A stretch of DNA of 64,000 nucleotides, from the NCBI GenBank assembly GCA_036557285.1, contig DATBHW010000047.1, positions 37,001 through 101,000 on the forward strand, written 5' to 3'. The notes beneath the pieces were generated by a model. The model did not search any database. It had not been told where the DNA came from and saw nothing but the letters and a program-made list of their open reading frames with translations. Below, in pieces: positions 29,682 to 38,721 of the stretch; positions within the stretch are counted from its first letter, which is position 1, and each line of letters opens with the position of its first letter. The position numbers and the translations under genes are program-made. Origin of the DNA: Ktedonobacterales bacterium (GTDB lineage Bacteria; Chloroflexota; Ktedonobacteria; Ktedonobacterales; DATBGS01).

Positions 29682-29845
29682 TGGCTCTCTCCTTTATTTT
29701 TCAGGGCTAGCTTGGTGTGTCTGGCCGGCGCGTCTCGGCGCCAAATCTCGATACCAAAACCTCAATCTCACAAACAACCCCTGAGCCGGATACATCACTC
29801 ACAAGCAGCCGGGCCTGTATGAAGATTGAGCCAGAGCTAGCTCCT

Positions 29846-29874
29846 ATACTACGGGCAAAACCTCAGCTTGTCAA
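29846..29874 (-). promoter_or_regulatory. Candidate promoter for the TM2 gene (TTGACA-17 nt-TAGTAT on the minus strand)
   Basis: Minus-strand TTGACA (plus 29869-29874) and TAGTAT (plus 29846-29851). Lies immediately beside the left flank of the MITE at 29891. Confidence 0.45.
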
Positions 29875-29890
29875 GCCCCCTACCAGCTTT

Positions 29891-30067
29891 GGTTCTAGCA
29901 AAAATGAGGTGTTGGCAAGCGAGGCATGGTACTGGTAGCGCCGCCTTCCAGGCGGCCAACGCTGCGCCAGGGCGAGCGTTCGCCCTACGGACCAGCACAC
30001 CAGCAGGCCAGCGTCCAGCCGCCAAGATGGCGGCGCTACAAGTGGCAACCCCGATAGGTGGTGGAAC
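29891..30067. mobile_element. Family-A MITE-like element with perfect 10-bp flanking direct repeat
   Basis: Termini GGTTCTAGCAAAAATGAGGTGTTGGCAAGCGAGGCATGGTAC... and ...CCCCGATAGGTGGTGGAAC. TACCAGCTTT is present at 29881-29890 and at 30068-30077. Confidence 0.85.
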
Positions 30068-30135
30068 TACCAGCTTTGACACAGACAGCAGAGCAGGCAG
30101 AAAAGCTTTTCTGCCTGCTCTGCTGTCTGTGTCCC

Positions 30136-30579
30136 TTACTTTTTGACGAGCGGGAAGCCATTGGCATCCCTATAGTTGTCGGTGACAATCATAATCAAAT
30201 CAACAATCGTCCAGATGCCACAGCCGCCAAACGTCAGTAGCTGAATTACCCCGATGAGCATATGCCCCGTATAGAAGCGGTGGATGCCAAGCACACCCAC
30301 GAACAGGCACAACAGCAGCGTCGTCAGCCAGTCTTTCCGCCCGGCCATTGGATACGCCCCCGCGTAGCCCGGAGGATACGCGGGCGCATAGGGCTGTTGA
30401 TAGCCCGGCTGCGCTGGCTGGTATGGATAGGGCTGCTGATAGCCCGGCTGCGCTTGTTGGGGTGGCTGGTACGTCCCTTCTGGTGGCTGATACCCTCTGC
30501 CAGCCTGCTCTTGTGGCGCTTGAGATGGCCCCTGCGGTTGGTCCTGTGACCGCTGCTGAGACTCTGGATAGGACTGCAT
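30136..30579 (-). CDS. TM2 domain-containing membrane protein with P/Q/Y-rich N-terminus (paralog)
   Basis: FVGVLGIHRFYTGHMLIGVIQLLTFGGCGIWTIVDL. Start set at the internal ATG (MQSYPESQQ) with an AAAGGA RBS. The upstream part of the track ORF lies in repeat DNA. Confidence 0.8.
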   Translation of the reverse strand: MQSYPESQQRSQDQPQGPSQAPQEQAGRGYQPPEGTYQPPQQAQPGYQQPYPYQPAQPGYQQPYAPAYPPGYAGAYPMAGRKDWLTTLLLCLFVGVLGIHRFYTGHMLIGVIQLLTFGGCGIWTIVDLIMIVTDNYRDANGFPLVKK

Positions 30580-30689
30580 GGCTGCTATTCCTTTCATCGC
30601 TTGCGTTTCGGTGGTGGCGTCTACCCCGCCTGTTTCTGCACAAGCAATGCCAGCGCATCCGCTGATCTCGCCTGAGCGCCCTCTAGCCA

Positions 30690-30868
30690 CGTTCCACCCA
30701 AAAAAATGAGTCTGGCAAGCGAGGCATGGTACTTGTAGCGCCGCCATCCTGGCGGCTCAACGCTGACCTGCTGGTCCGTCGGCCTGGAGGGCGCACGCTC
30801 GCCCTGGCGAAGCGTTGGCCGCCAGGATGGCGGCGCTACAAGTGACGCCCTCGATAGGTGGTGGAACC
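30690..30868. mobile_element. Family-A MITE-like element with 9-bp flanking direct repeat (8/9 identical)
   Basis: Termini (C)GTTCCACCCAAAAAAATGAG...GGCATGGTAC and ...CTCGATAGGTGGTGGAACC. Flanks CTCTAGCCA (30681-30689) and TTCTAGCCA (30869-30877). Confidence 0.8.
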
Positions 30869-30933
30869 TTCTAGCCAGCAGGCATTGCCGCTGCAAGAGC
30901 AGGTATGATATGCTTGGAAGAGGAGGTAGCATA

Positions 30934-31866
30934 ATGTCTTCAGCAGATGAACCACACACCCGCGAAGCGCCCGACACCCCTCTGGACGGGCGCTTCGCCT
31001 TTGCCGTCGGCACGATTGGCACAACCATCCTCAGCGATGGCAGCGCCCATATGGATGGCGGGGCCATCTTCGGGCGCGTCCCCCGCGTCCTCTGGGAGCG
31101 CCTGCTGCCACCCGATCACCTCAACCGCGTCCCCCTCTCGCTCAATTCCGTCCTGCTGGAGACCGAGGCCGGATTGATGCTCATCGAAACCGGCTATGGC
31201 AACAAGCTCAGCGAAAAAATGACGCGCAATGTCGCGCTGGAGCGCCCCAGCGGATCGCTGCTGGACCAACTGGCAGCACTGGGCATCGCGCCCGAAGACA
31301 TCAAGATCGTCGTCAACACCCATCTGCACGCCGACCACTGCGGCTGGAACACGCGCCGCCTGGAGGATGGCCGCCACGCGCCCACCTTCCCCAACGCGCG
31401 CTACATCCTCCAGAAAACCGAGTGGGAAGCCGCCGTTCATCCCAACGAACTGGTCGCCGCGACCTACCTGGAGGAGAATATCCAGCCGCTCAAAGACGCG
31501 GGCGTGCTTGACTTGATTGATGGCGACCTGACCATCACCCCTCACGTGCGCGTCGTGCTGACGCCAGGCCACACTGCCGCGCACCAGAGCGTCTGGATTG
31601 AGTCCGGGCCGTCGGGGCGCGAAAGCGCCGCCCTCTTCAGCGGCGACGCCATCGTACACGGCATCCATCTGGAGCGCCTGGCCTGGATACCGGCGGTAGA
31701 TGACCTGCCGCTCGTCTCGCTGCAAACCAAGAAGCAGATCATCGAAGAAAGCCTGCGCCGCCAGGCTGCCCTGATCGTCACCCATCATCCCTTCCCTGGC
31801 CTGGGCATTCTGGCCCGCGACGACCAGGGCAAGCTGCACTTTCACCCGCATCACGAGCATCAGTAA
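30934..31866 (+). CDS. MBL-fold metallo-hydrolase
   Basis: THLHADHCGW (HxHxDH) motif and a later TPGHTAAH. GGAGG RBS before the internal ATG (MSSADEPH). Confidence 0.85.
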   Translation: MSSADEPHTREAPDTPLDGRFAFAVGTIGTTILSDGSAHMDGGAIFGRVPRVLWERLLPPDHLNRVPLSLNSVLLETEAGLMLIETGYGNKLSEKMTRNVALERPSGSLLDQLAALGIAPEDIKIVVNTHLHADHCGWNTRRLEDGRHAPTFPNARYILQKTEWEAAVHPNELVAATYLEENIQPLKDAGVLDLIDGDLTITPHVRVVLTPGHTAAHQSVWIESGPSGRESAALFSGDAIVHGIHLERLAWIPAVDDLPLVSLQTKKQIIEESLRRQAALIVTHHPFPGLGILARDDQGKLHFHPHHEHQ

Positions 31867-32016
31867 GGCCGTCCACGTAGCTGCATCAGCAGGCGAGCGC
31901 GCTCAAGCGCCTGGCCCCTGGCTGGCATGGTTCCTGCATCCTCTGGAATACTAGAGCCAGGCGTGGGCGTCAAGATCGCTCGCCAGACACCGCGCCGACC
32001 CGTCATGGAGGAGCTG

Positions 32017-33198
32017 ATGTCGCTCTCACAACCGCGATCAAATCAACCTGGGCCGTCACGCTGGCAGAAGCGCCCCAGGGCCAGCCCCCAGGGCCAGAAG
32101 CCGGACCAGCAGACCAGGCCCCGCAAATGGGCGCCTGGGTTCAGGCAGGCGTTCAGAAAAATGTTCGCGGGTCTGCGCGCCTTCTGGACCAAACTCAACA
32201 ACGATTGGGTGTTTAATCTGGCGGCCATGCTCGCCTATAACCTGCTGATGTCCATTGTCCCCATTCTGGCGATGCTGCTCAGCTTCCTGGGCCTCTTCCT
32301 GAGCGGGTTGGCCCCCGGAGCGGAACAGCGTTTCATCGATCAGATCACCAGCGCGCTCCCTGGAGCCAGGGATTTCATCGATCCAGCGTTGAAACGGCTG
32401 GCAGCCAGTTCAGGCGTGTTTGTCGTCCTCACCATCCTCCTGAGTATCTGGTTTGGTTCGCGGCTCTTCGTTGCCATCGAGCAATGTTTTGGCATCATCT
32501 ACCGCCTGCCCTCGCGTGGCTTTCTGCTCCAGAACAGCATCGCCCTGCTCATGATGCTCATCTTCGCCGCCCTCATGCCTGTGCTGCTGGCCGTTTCGGC
32601 AGTGCCATCGTTTCTCACCACCACCATTGTTGATAAGTTTCTCGGCAATTCCCCAGCCACCCGTCTCTTGCTGACGATTGGAACGATCATCGCGGGCTTT
32701 CTTATCGCCACCATCCTCTTCCTGGTGATCTACATGGTCATCCCCAACCGGCCACTCCGCATAAAAGACGCGTGGAGGGGCGCGCTGATCGCCGGGGCGC
32801 TGCTGGAAGTCTACGTGATCGCCTTCCCTTTCTACGCAACGCTCCTGCTGAAACCCAGCAGCTACGGCTCAACCGCAGGCTTTGCCATACTGACGCTGGT
32901 CTTCTTCTACTACTTCGGCATCATCTTGCTCCTGGGGGCCGAATTCAACTCGTTTTGGGCAGGCCAGCGCCAGACGGCTGCCGGTCTGTCGGGCATCCTC
33001 TATCAACTTCAGGCGCGTAAAAGCGTGGAAGGCGCGGCTGGCCCCACCGCCGGGGAACGTCAGGAAGACTTGCAGGCGAATCGCGCCGGCCTGGGTATCA
33101 CCATGACCCCGGCTTCAGCCACCATCAATCCGCCCTCAAACGAAGAAGAGTCGCCGCACACCCAACAGCGCGACGAGCAGGCGCCCGATGGCTCCTGA
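32017..33198 (+). CDS. YihY/BrkB (virulence factor BrkB) family membrane protein
   Basis: Polytopic. LAAMLAYNLLMSIVPILAMLLSF and FYYFGIILLLGAEFN are typical of YihY. The start is uncertain (ATGs at 31927, 32005 and 32017); 32017 has GGAGGA 5 nt upstream. Confidence 0.8.
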   Translation: MSLSQPRSNQPGPSRWQKRPRASPQGQKPDQQTRPRKWAPGFRQAFRKMFAGLRAFWTKLNNDWVFNLAAMLAYNLLMSIVPILAMLLSFLGLFLSGLAPGAEQRFIDQITSALPGARDFIDPALKRLAASSGVFVVLTILLSIWFGSRLFVAIEQCFGIIYRLPSRGFLLQNSIALLMMLIFAALMPVLLAVSAVPSFLTTTIVDKFLGNSPATRLLLTIGTIIAGFLIATILFLVIYMVIPNRPLRIKDAWRGALIAGALLEVYVIAFPFYATLLLKPSSYGSTAGFAILTLVFFYYFGIILLLGAEFNSFWAGQRQTAAGLSGILYQLQARKSVEGAAGPTAGERQEDLQANRAGLGITMTPASATINPPSNEEESPHTQQRDEQAPDGS

Positions 33199-33245
33199 AC
33201 GCAGCAAAAGCAGAGGGCGGCAGGCTGCGCTGCCGCCCTCCGTAC

Positions 33246-34661
33246 TTACCGCTCCCTCCACCGATCTGCCGATGGCCTGTGCCGCTGTGAGCGGCGCGGC
33301 GGCATGAACGGCGTCGGAGCGCCAGGAGCCGCGCCGCTCTGTGGATACCCCGGCCCGCCCGGCCCCTGTTCTGGAGCGATCTCCTCATCCGGCTCTGGCT
33401 CCGGGGGAGCAGGCGGAACAACCCGTTCGTCCCAGGGGTAATCGTCGGCGCTGCTCAGTTTGGCCGACTGTCGCCCGCTGAGCGCAGGCAGCGGCTCCGC
33501 GCCTACTGGCCCCTCTTTGCCCTGATGGCCCTTTGGAAGCGTCAGCATCCCCTGCTGCGGGCGAGCGCCAGGGGCAGCAGCGCGCAGCGCGTACTGCCCT
33601 GCTCGCCCACTCTCTCCTGGTCGAGTGTCGGCTGGCTCGCCCTCTTTTCTCGCCCTGGCGGTGGTTGGCGCCTCCGCCCCATGTGAGCGCCCGATAAAGA
33701 ACGCCAGACCGCCAACCAGCGCGAGCAGCGCCACCACCCCCAATACCGCCGCCAGCACGGCATCTTTGAGAGTGGATTTGGTCGCACCAAGCGAGGGAGT
33801 ATTCGTCGTTGACGAATCACCCGAACCCTGCGTCGTGCGTGTGGCCGTCGTCGTCGGGCTAATGCCCGGCACAGGTGTCCCTGAAGACGCTGCCTGGGCG
33901 GTCACTGGGATCGGCCCGGCAGTGGCAGAAAGGGTGGTTGTAGAGTTCACCGCCTGGGCATAATAGTTCCCGCTTGCCGCCCCTCCTGAAATAGTCAACG
34001 TCTGGCGAAACGACCCATCCTTCTCCGTGACAACATCCGTCTGCGCTACCGGCGGCGCGTTGCAGACGGCGCTGCAAGGCACGATCACCAGATTCAGCGT
34101 CTGCGGTCCAGGCACCCAATTCGTGCCGATAATCGTCAAGGTCTCACCGGCAACGATAGTGTCCGGCGAAAAAGCCAGCGCAGCCGGTTGGCTGGTAAGC
34201 AGCGAAAAGCTGTTCGCCGAAAGAGCCGTTCCAAAGCCCGGCTGAACCACGCAGGCATAATACTTTCCAACCTTGTTCACTTCCAACGGCCACAAAAAAC
34301 CGGCGACAAAATCGCCATACTGATCTGTCTGATAGGAGCCGAGCGTCTTTGCTCCACCGCAGCTCGTACTGGAGAGGCCCAGGCTCAACGTTACAGAAGA
34401 ATAGGGCCGCCAGGAGGCGCCCTGGATACTCACCTGCGCGCCAGGCGGCCCGGCAATCACCCCCCGGTAATTCGGCGTCTTAAAACCGACAGACCCGCCG
34501 CTTGCAAACGCAGGAGCCGCTTCCCACGCCTGCGCGACACCTCCGGCCAGGCACAGCGCCAGCGCCAGCAGCAGCGCCCCAGCCGCCCGTCGCTGCCAGC
34601 CAGCCAGCCTCGCCGTCCGGCGCGGGCCGGTCCTTTTCCAGACAACCCTGAAGGTTCTCAT
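33246..34661 (-). CDS. Hypothetical secreted/membrane-anchored protein (signal peptide, beta-rich repeats, S/T linker, TM, Pro-rich tail)
   Basis: Signal-like AAGALLLALALCLAGGVAQAWEA, second TM VLAAVLGVVALLALVGGLAFFIG. Start taken as the internal ATG (MRTFRVVWK) in the ORF-track frame. My hand indexing near 34621-34680 disagreed by 1 nt, so I followed the track frame. Confidence 0.6.
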   Translation of the reverse strand: MRTFRVVWKRTGPRRTARLAGWQRRAAGALLLALALCLAGGVAQAWEAAPAFASGGSVGFKTPNYRGVIAGPPGAQVSIQGASWRPYSSVTLSLGLSSTSCGGAKTLGSYQTDQYGDFVAGFLWPLEVNKVGKYYACVVQPGFGTALSANSFSLLTSQPAALAFSPDTIVAGETLTIIGTNWVPGPQTLNLVIVPCSAVCNAPPVAQTDVVTEKDGSFRQTLTISGGAASGNYYAQAVNSTTTLSATAGPIPVTAQAASSGTPVPGISPTTTATRTTQGSGDSSTTNTPSLGATKSTLKDAVLAAVLGVVALLALVGGLAFFIGRSHGAEAPTTARARKEGEPADTRPGESGRAGQYALRAAAPGARPQQGMLTLPKGHQGKEGPVGAEPLPALSGRQSAKLSSADDYPWDERVVPPAPPEPEPDEEIAPEQGPGGPGYPQSGAAPGAPTPFMPPRRSQRHRPSADRWRER

Positions 34662-34972
34662 CAACAACGCTCCAATTCTGGCCGCCAGGCACACGCGCCC
34701 AACCAGCGCAGCCAGCGTATCCGTTGCAAGATCAGCAGGCAATCCTTCTCAAAAAGAGCAGAGACTCACTCTATAATAACGCGCCAGCTATCCCCTCTAT
34801 AACCCGAATTGCGCCGCCAGCTATTCTATCAAATCTTCTTGAATGCTTGCGGATGCTACTGGCAGTATCCCTCTTCCTTTCTGGCCCCCTTGCCAGCTTC
34901 CCCGCAAGCGGCTATAATTACGAAAAGGCGAGGAGGCAGCAAGCCCGATTCGCAAGGAGGCTTCGTCACACC

Positions 34973-36697
34973 ATGCGCGTAACACCTGCCCGGCGATCTC
35001 TGCTCTTTGCGCTTGCCAGGCGCCTGAGCCTGGCTTTTGTGTTTGGGGCACTCATCAGCCTCCTCGGCGGGCTATGGCAAAGTTCTCTCAGCTATGCCGT
35101 CCTGGCGGATGCGCTGCTGCTGCGCTTCCTGCTGGACCGCCGAGAATGGGCGACCAAATCCTTTTGGGATCAAGCGCCCTGCCTCCTGTTTCTTCCTTTG
35201 TACGCCATTGTAGCCACATATAATCTGAATTTTGGCCTGAACAAAACGCTGGGGCTGACAGCCCCCTGCTTTAGCATCGCGCTGATCGCCGCGATGATCT
35301 TCTGGGCGAAAACGCCTTTGCCGCGCGCCTTTCCACTGTCGCCAGCCTATGGGCTGGCGGCTGCATCCGGCGCGCTCGTCATGTTCCAGATCGTCTTTCA
35401 CTTTCGCGCGCTAGACAGCGGCATCGTCCTCCTCGCACTCCTTCTGGCCGTCATAGGGAGCCTGCTTGGCGGACTCTTACACGTCTTCGCCGCATTTATT
35501 CGCACACTTCCCAGGCACTACATCTGGAAATATCACTTCTGGAAATATTACTCCTGGGTGAGAAGTGTAAGAGGCGTTGCGACTCCAGCCCTGGAGAAGC
35601 CGACCCGGGAGGAGCCACCACCGCCCGCCAGAAGCACCCTATCGCGGCGCACCGTCCTGGCGGGCCTGGTCGGTGCAGGTGGATTACTCGCCACCGGAGC
35701 CGGAGTAGCCTGGCTGACGCGCTACGTTGCTCCTCATTCTCTTGCGCTCGTCACCTACAAGGGGCATGAAGATGGCGTCTTCATACTTGCCTGGTCGCCC
35801 GATGGCTCACGCATCGCCACCGCAGGCGGGGACATAGATAAAACCATCCAAATCTGGGAAGCCACCTCTGGCAAAACACTGCTGACGTATCGCGGGCATG
35901 CCGACGGCCTTCTTATATCAAGCCTCGCCTGGTCGCCGGATGGCCGTCAGATCGCCTCAGCAGATTTTAAGGAAAACCTCCATATCTGGGACACCGCTAC
36001 TGGTGGTCATATGGTCACATATACCAAGCGCGGCTTCATTGCGCAGTGGTCGCCCGATGGCAGGCGCATCGCTTCGTCGGACTTCCACAGTATTCAGATT
36101 CGGGATGCCCTCACCGATACCCTGCTGCTTACCTATCAACCACAGCAGTTTGCGCCATGCGCTCTGGCCTGGTCCCCTGGTGGCACGCGCATTGTCGCTG
36201 GAAGTTCTGCTGGTGACGAGTTCCCGCCAGGCGTGCATGTTTTCAATGCTGTCACCGGCGAAACAATTGCTCTCTATAACAGCCATATCAGCAGCGTGAG
36301 AACAGCAATCTGGTCGCCCGATGGCAAGCGTATCGCCTCAGCCAGCATCGATCTTGTCATAGACACACCCCCGAACCAGATAGTCCAAAAAGACCCAACA
36401 GTCCACATCTGGGATGCCAGCACTGGCAAGCAGTTCTTCAGATACCGGGGACATACTGATACCGTCAATGGCGCGGCCTGGTCGCCTGATGGCAGGCGCA
36501 TCGCCTCAGCCAGCGACGATGAAACTGTGCAGGTCTGGGACGCTGATACCGGCAGCCATGTCTTCACCTATCACAACAGTTTTCTGCCGGATATTCATCC
36601 GTCACAGGTCGCCTGGTCGCCCGATGGGCGATTGATCGCTTCGGCCAGCTACGACTTTGGTGGGGACGCGCAAGTCTGGGTACCAGAAAAGACATGA
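34973..36697 (+). CDS. Polytopic membrane domain plus internal Tat-like motif plus WD40 beta-propeller protein
   Basis: WD40 repeats (AWSPDGSRIAT, AWSPDGRQIAS, WSPDGKRIASAS, AWSPDGRRIASASDD). Preceded by SRRTVLAGLVGAGGLLATGAG and about 6 hydrophobic helices. The start is uncertain; the track ORF begins at 34724. Confidence 0.75.
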   Translation: MRVTPARRSLLFALARRLSLAFVFGALISLLGGLWQSSLSYAVLADALLLRFLLDRREWATKSFWDQAPCLLFLPLYAIVATYNLNFGLNKTLGLTAPCFSIALIAAMIFWAKTPLPRAFPLSPAYGLAAASGALVMFQIVFHFRALDSGIVLLALLLAVIGSLLGGLLHVFAAFIRTLPRHYIWKYHFWKYYSWVRSVRGVATPALEKPTREEPPPPARSTLSRRTVLAGLVGAGGLLATGAGVAWLTRYVAPHSLALVTYKGHEDGVFILAWSPDGSRIATAGGDIDKTIQIWEATSGKTLLTYRGHADGLLISSLAWSPDGRQIASADFKENLHIWDTATGGHMVTYTKRGFIAQWSPDGRRIASSDFHSIQIRDALTDTLLLTYQPQQFAPCALAWSPGGTRIVAGSSAGDEFPPGVHVFNAVTGETIALYNSHISSVRTAIWSPDGKRIASASIDLVIDTPPNQIVQKDPTVHIWDASTGKQFFRYRGHTDTVNGAAWSPDGRRIASASDDETVQVWDADTGSHVFTYHNSFLPDIHPSQVAWSPDGRLIASASYDFGGDAQVWVPEKT

Positions 36698-36771
36698 ACC
36701 AGGCGAACCTATTCGCCCGGCTCATATCAAACGAGATTCGCCTGGAGCGCCGCCTCCCTGGCGGCGAATCG

Positions 36772-37374
36772 TCACACCTGAAGCACGTTGAACCACAGCC
36801 CCACACCAACCAGAATCACCAGAATCCAGACCACAACCGGCTCGGCCCAGCTTCCCGCGCGGAAGCGAAGCTGACGTATCGGCGGAAAACCCAGGTGAAA
36901 ATGCAGCGGCCAGAAAATAGGAATGCCTTCTTCAGTCAGCGAATCGCCAAAGAGATGCAGGATATAGCCCAGCACGAGCGCCAGCCAGAGCGTCTCAGAG
37001 CCGTTGATAAAGTTGAGTTGCTGGCCGCCCATATGCCCCGCCAGCAAATGCACCGCCAGTTGCTGCGCCCCATAGCCCAGCGCCGCCCAGATACCAACCC
37101 CAAGCAAACTGTGCATAACCGTGCGGTGGCCGAAATGATGATTGATCTCGAAACTGAGAAAAGGAAACCACTGACCCATCGTGCTGGCCGTATTATCAAT
37201 ATCGGGGGCCAGTCCACCGATGGCAACCCCACCATAAAAGATACCTTTCACAGCCAGCATACTCAGGGTTGGCTCCTGGCTCCCCAGGATCAACGGCGGC
37301 CCGGAAAGATGCAGAAAACTATCAACAGCTACCGCGCCCGCCAGCGCAACAATAACGTGTGAATGACCTTCCAA
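36772..37374 (-). CDS. Membrane-bound metal-dependent hydrolase (YdjM/DUF457 family)
   Basis: 200 aa. N-terminal GHSH, HRTVMHSLL, and LHLFGDSLTEEGIPIFWP motifs. TTG start with GAAGGAGGG RBS. Confidence 0.8.
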   Translation of the reverse strand: MEGHSHVIVALAGAVAVDSFLHLSGPPLILGSQEPTLSMLAVKGIFYGGVAIGGLAPDIDNTASTMGQWFPFLSFEINHHFGHRTVMHSLLGVGIWAALGYGAQQLAVHLLAGHMGGQQLNFINGSETLWLALVLGYILHLFGDSLTEEGIPIFWPLHFHLGFPPIRQLRFRAGSWAEPVVVWILVILVGVGLWFNVLQV

Positions 37375-37486
37375 AAAACGAACCCTCCTTCAGCGTCGGG
37401 TAGGCGCGCTCTACACCCCCGGCATGGCGCTTCCACTGCCCATTGTAGAGGCGGATGCCCCCGTCGTCAAGTCGGATAACGCTCAG

Positions 37487-37665
37487 AGTTCCACCCCCTA
37501 TCGGGGGTTGCCACTTGTAGCGCCGCCATCTTGGCGGCTCAACGCTGGCCTGCCGGTCCGTTGGCCTGGTGGGCGAACGCTCGCCCTGGCGCAGCGTTGG
37601 CCGCCTGGAAGGCGGCGCTACAAGTACCATGCCTCGCTTGCCAACACCTCATGTTTGCTAGAACC
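37487..37665. mobile_element. Family-A MITE-like element with perfect 9-bp flanking direct repeat
   Basis: Termini AGTTCCACCCCCTATCGGGGG... and ...CCAACACCTCATGTTTGCTAGAACC. AACGCTCAG is present at 37478-37486 and at 37666-37674. Confidence 0.85.
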
Positions 37666-37670
37666 AACGC

Positions 37671-38054
37671 TCAGGTCAGGGCTTCTCCTTCTGAGCAGGG
37701 ATGCAGGCGGTCTTTCAGACGCTGACAGATACGTCGTATGAAGCGCGGCTTGATGGCTCTGCTGGACAACGGGCGGGGAGGTATGTGGCTCACCTGGGAA
37801 CCTGTAGCGGGCTGAAACAACCAGGCTTCAGGCATCAAGGTTTTCACCAGGCCATGCTTGACGAGAAAGCACAGCACGCTGCGTATCTCAGGGTGGGTAT
37901 ACAGGGTCGCATCGGCCAGGTCGGCAATCGTGACCGTCCCGTCACAGCGATACAGCACATGTTGCTGCAAGAGCGAGAGGGGGCGCACATGGTACTTCGC
38001 ACAGGGCGTGCGCTGATAGCGCAAAGTGACATCAAACGTGACAGCGGTCTGCAT
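37671..38054 (-). CDS. Small winged-helix-like protein, module copy A (partner of the XRE gene)
   Basis: The N-terminal ~75 aa are highly similar to 50812..51177 (TLRYQRTP.A.YHVRPLSLLQQ..LYRCDG.VTIADL.DAT.YTHPEIR). Start at the ATG 8 nt after the conserved AAAGGAG. Confidence 0.7.
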   Translation of the reverse strand: MQTAVTFDVTLRYQRTPCAKYHVRPLSLLQQHVLYRCDGTVTIADLADATLYTHPEIRSVLCFLVKHGLVKTLMPEAWLFQPATGSQVSHIPPRPLSSRAIKPRFIRRICQRLKDRLHPCSEGEALT

Positions 38055-38083
38055 AGACATGGCTCCTTTCATCACTTGCCATG

Positions 38084-38124
38084 CCCACGCGCCAGCGAGT
38101 ACAATAGCCTTACCGGCGCGTGGG
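38084..38124. promoter_or_regulatory. Conserved 10-bp inverted repeat / stem-loop in the XRE-wHTH spacer (copy A), with embedded plus-strand TTGCCA-18-TACAAT
   Basis: CCCACGCGCC (38084-38093) pairs with GGCGCGTGGG (38115-38124). TTGCCA at 38076-38081 and TACAAT at 38100-38105, antisense to the module genes. Confidence 0.6.
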
Positions 38125-38173
38125 TTCTTAATGGGGGCTTGCGAGTTGGTACTGCTGCCGTTGTAGGAATTGA

Positions 38174-38401
38174 CTACGCGGCAGCCCGTTCTTTTTCTTC
38201 CTCTGCCGTTGCTTTGATAGCCGCTATAATTTCTTCTGGCTCCTTCTTGTAGATTTCAACGAGCTTACGACGGTACACTGGGCGTGGCCGGGCATGCGCA
38301 TGTTCCCAATCTGATACTGTTTGTCGGCTCACCTGAAGCATAGCTGCCAATTCTTGTTGTGACAGCAGAGCTGCTTCTCGTAAATCTCTCAATGTCGGCA
38401 T
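38174..38401 (-). CDS. XRE-family helix-turn-helix transcriptional regulator, module copy A
   Basis: 75 aa. MPTLRDLREAALLSQQELAAMLQVSRQTVSDWE is a classic HTH_3/XRE pattern. Paralog at 50451..50684. Confidence 0.85.
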   Translation of the reverse strand: MPTLRDLREAALLSQQELAAMLQVSRQTVSDWEHAHARPRPVYRRKLVEIYKKEPEEIIAAIKATAEEEKERAAA

Positions 38402-38443
38402 GTCCAGACGACTCCTTTATAGAACCTGATACCTCCATAGTGG

Positions 38444-38472
38444 ATTGTAAACAATTGGCAGAAAAATGTCAA
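38444..38472 (-). promoter_or_regulatory. Promoter of XRE copy A (TTGACA-17 nt-TACAAT on the minus strand)
   Basis: Minus-strand TTGACA (plus 38467-38472) and TACAAT (plus 38444-38449). The ATTGT-TT-ACAAT palindrome overlaps the -10. Confidence 0.6.
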
Positions 38473-38488
38473 GTCTATGGCGTACCTA

Positions 38489-38662
38489 GGTCCACCAATG
38501 ATCGGGGGTCACTTGTAGCGCCGCCATCTTGGCGGCCAACGCTGCGCCTTGGCGAGCGTTCGCCCTCCAGGCCAGCGGACCAGCAGGCCAACGCTGGCCG
38601 CCTGGAAGGCGGCGCTACAAGTAACAGGTCTCGCTTGCTAACACCTCATGTTTGGTGGAACC
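38489..38662. repeat. Family-A element (GGTCCACCAATGATCGGGGG ... TTTGGTGGAACC termini)
   Basis: Both terminus types are present. No flanking duplication was found. The right side abuts another repeat fragment (ATCCTGTTGAATGCCCACAGTTTCGGCTTGTACCGCC). Confidence 0.8.
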
Positions 38663-38721
38663 CACATCCTGTTGAATGCCCACAGTTTCGGCTTGTACCG
38701 CCTGCGGGGTGGGGCGACTTT

